DNA from: Clostridia bacterium
Lineage (GTDB): Bacteria; Bacillota; Sulfobacillia; SLMV01
NCBI GenBank assembly: GCA_003552525.1
Contig: PUNF01000189.1
Location: 1 to 53,852 of the forward strand
Length of the DNA: 53,852 nucleotides
Direction: 5' to 3'
Below the pieces are notes generated by a model. That model saw nothing but the letters and a program-made list of their open reading frames with translations, did no database searches and was not told where the DNA came from. Positions 53,535 to 53,852 of the stretch are shown one piece after another. The position numbers and the translations under genes are program-made. Within the stretch, counting starts at the first letter, position 1; each line of letters begins with the position of its first letter.

Positions 53535-53852
53535 TTGGAAAAAGTCTACGTTTTTGCCACTACAGAGCGCGAAGCGGGCGTTGCGCAGTCATTCGATGCC
53601 CTGGCACCGGCGAGTCTGGCCGGCAAGAGAACCCTGGTCAAGCCAAACTTCAACACAGCGGATCCGACCCCGGGTTCGACACATCACGATACGCTCTCGG
53701 CTATCCTAGATGGGGCTCGGCGGCGTAACCCCAAGGCGTTGGCCGTCGGCGATCGCAGCGCACCGGAAACCGCCGGCGTACTCCGCGAGAAAGGGGTTCA
53801 CGCGTTGGCGTCCGCTTACGAGGCCGAGGTGCTGGACTTCGACCTGCTACCC
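53535..53852 (+). CDS. DUF362 domain protein, N-terminal 106 codons (runs off the window)
   Basis: Not in the track because there is no stop in the window. TTG 53535 lies 8 nt after GGGAGG. The product MEKVYVFATTEREAGVAQSFDAL..GKRTLVKPNFNTADPTPGSTHHDTL.. carries the KPN..T motif typical of DUF362. It is open in frame to the window end. Confidence 0.6.
   Translation, partial: MEKVYVFATTEREAGVAQSFDALAPASLAGKRTLVKPNFNTADPTPGSTHHDTLSAILDGARRRNPKALAVGDRSAPETAGVLREKGVHALASAYEAEVLDFDLLP

Noticed and set aside
1-53852. Scan for CRISPR arrays, tRNA/rRNA/tmRNA genes, intact IS elements, prophage or defence-system genes
   Set aside because: I saw no regularly spaced direct repeats, no tRNA-like T-arm motifs (GGTTCGAATCC-type) in the intergenic gaps, and no rRNA-like stretches. 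The only mobile-element trace is the decayed fragment at 32.1-32.6 kb. I recognised no nuclease/helicase/reverse-transcriptase-type defence genes.

Overview
This is a GC-rich chromosomal window, dense with genes (about 55 CDS, mostly on the minus strand). The source looks like a Gram-positive-type anaerobe (Bacillota or Actinomycetota); this is an inference from the gene set, the strong GGAGG Shine-Dalgarno (SD) sites, and the many GTG/TTG starts and 4-nt start/stop overlaps.

The core is housekeeping. The conserved rimP-nusA-ylxR-infB-rbfA-nrnA-truB-ribF-rpsO-pnp superoperon spans 13.1-23.5 kb. It is followed by rnj, a uppP-like gene, an amidohydrolase, ftsK and queT. The left end carries two MFS transporters, a DUF1028 protein, a Cof-type HAD, YigZ and a truncated class V aminotransferase.

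The middle holds nfo, a 2-hydroxyacid dehydrogenase and a cluster for recycling S-adenosylmethionine by-products (mtaD-degV-ahcY-mtnP-marR-ndk). Next come a decayed transposase fragment and an SLC13/TrkA-C permease.

The most interesting locus is at 34.6-38.8 kb. An apparent Moco (molybdenum cofactor) riboswitch gates a translationally coupled operon: an 89-codon uORF, a YkoE-like ECF S component, a small membrane protein, two ECF ATPases, EcfT, and MobB fused to a Cys-rich Fe-S-like domain. This is a candidate non-canonical Mo/W or cofactor uptake and delivery module.

The right part contains xth, a LarA-like protein, pfpI, two tiny coupled ORFs and an AbrB-type membrane protein. It also has FAH, MFS and SRPBCC genes, a class III aminotransferase divergent from iorAB plus a D-aminoacylase, and an anaerobe oxidative-stress cluster (superoxide reductase, two rubredoxins, rubrerythrin).

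I saw no rRNA, tRNA or CRISPR array. Many long ORFs in the supplied track are antisense shadows typical of high-GC DNA. All family assignments come from motif recognition by eye; no searches were run.
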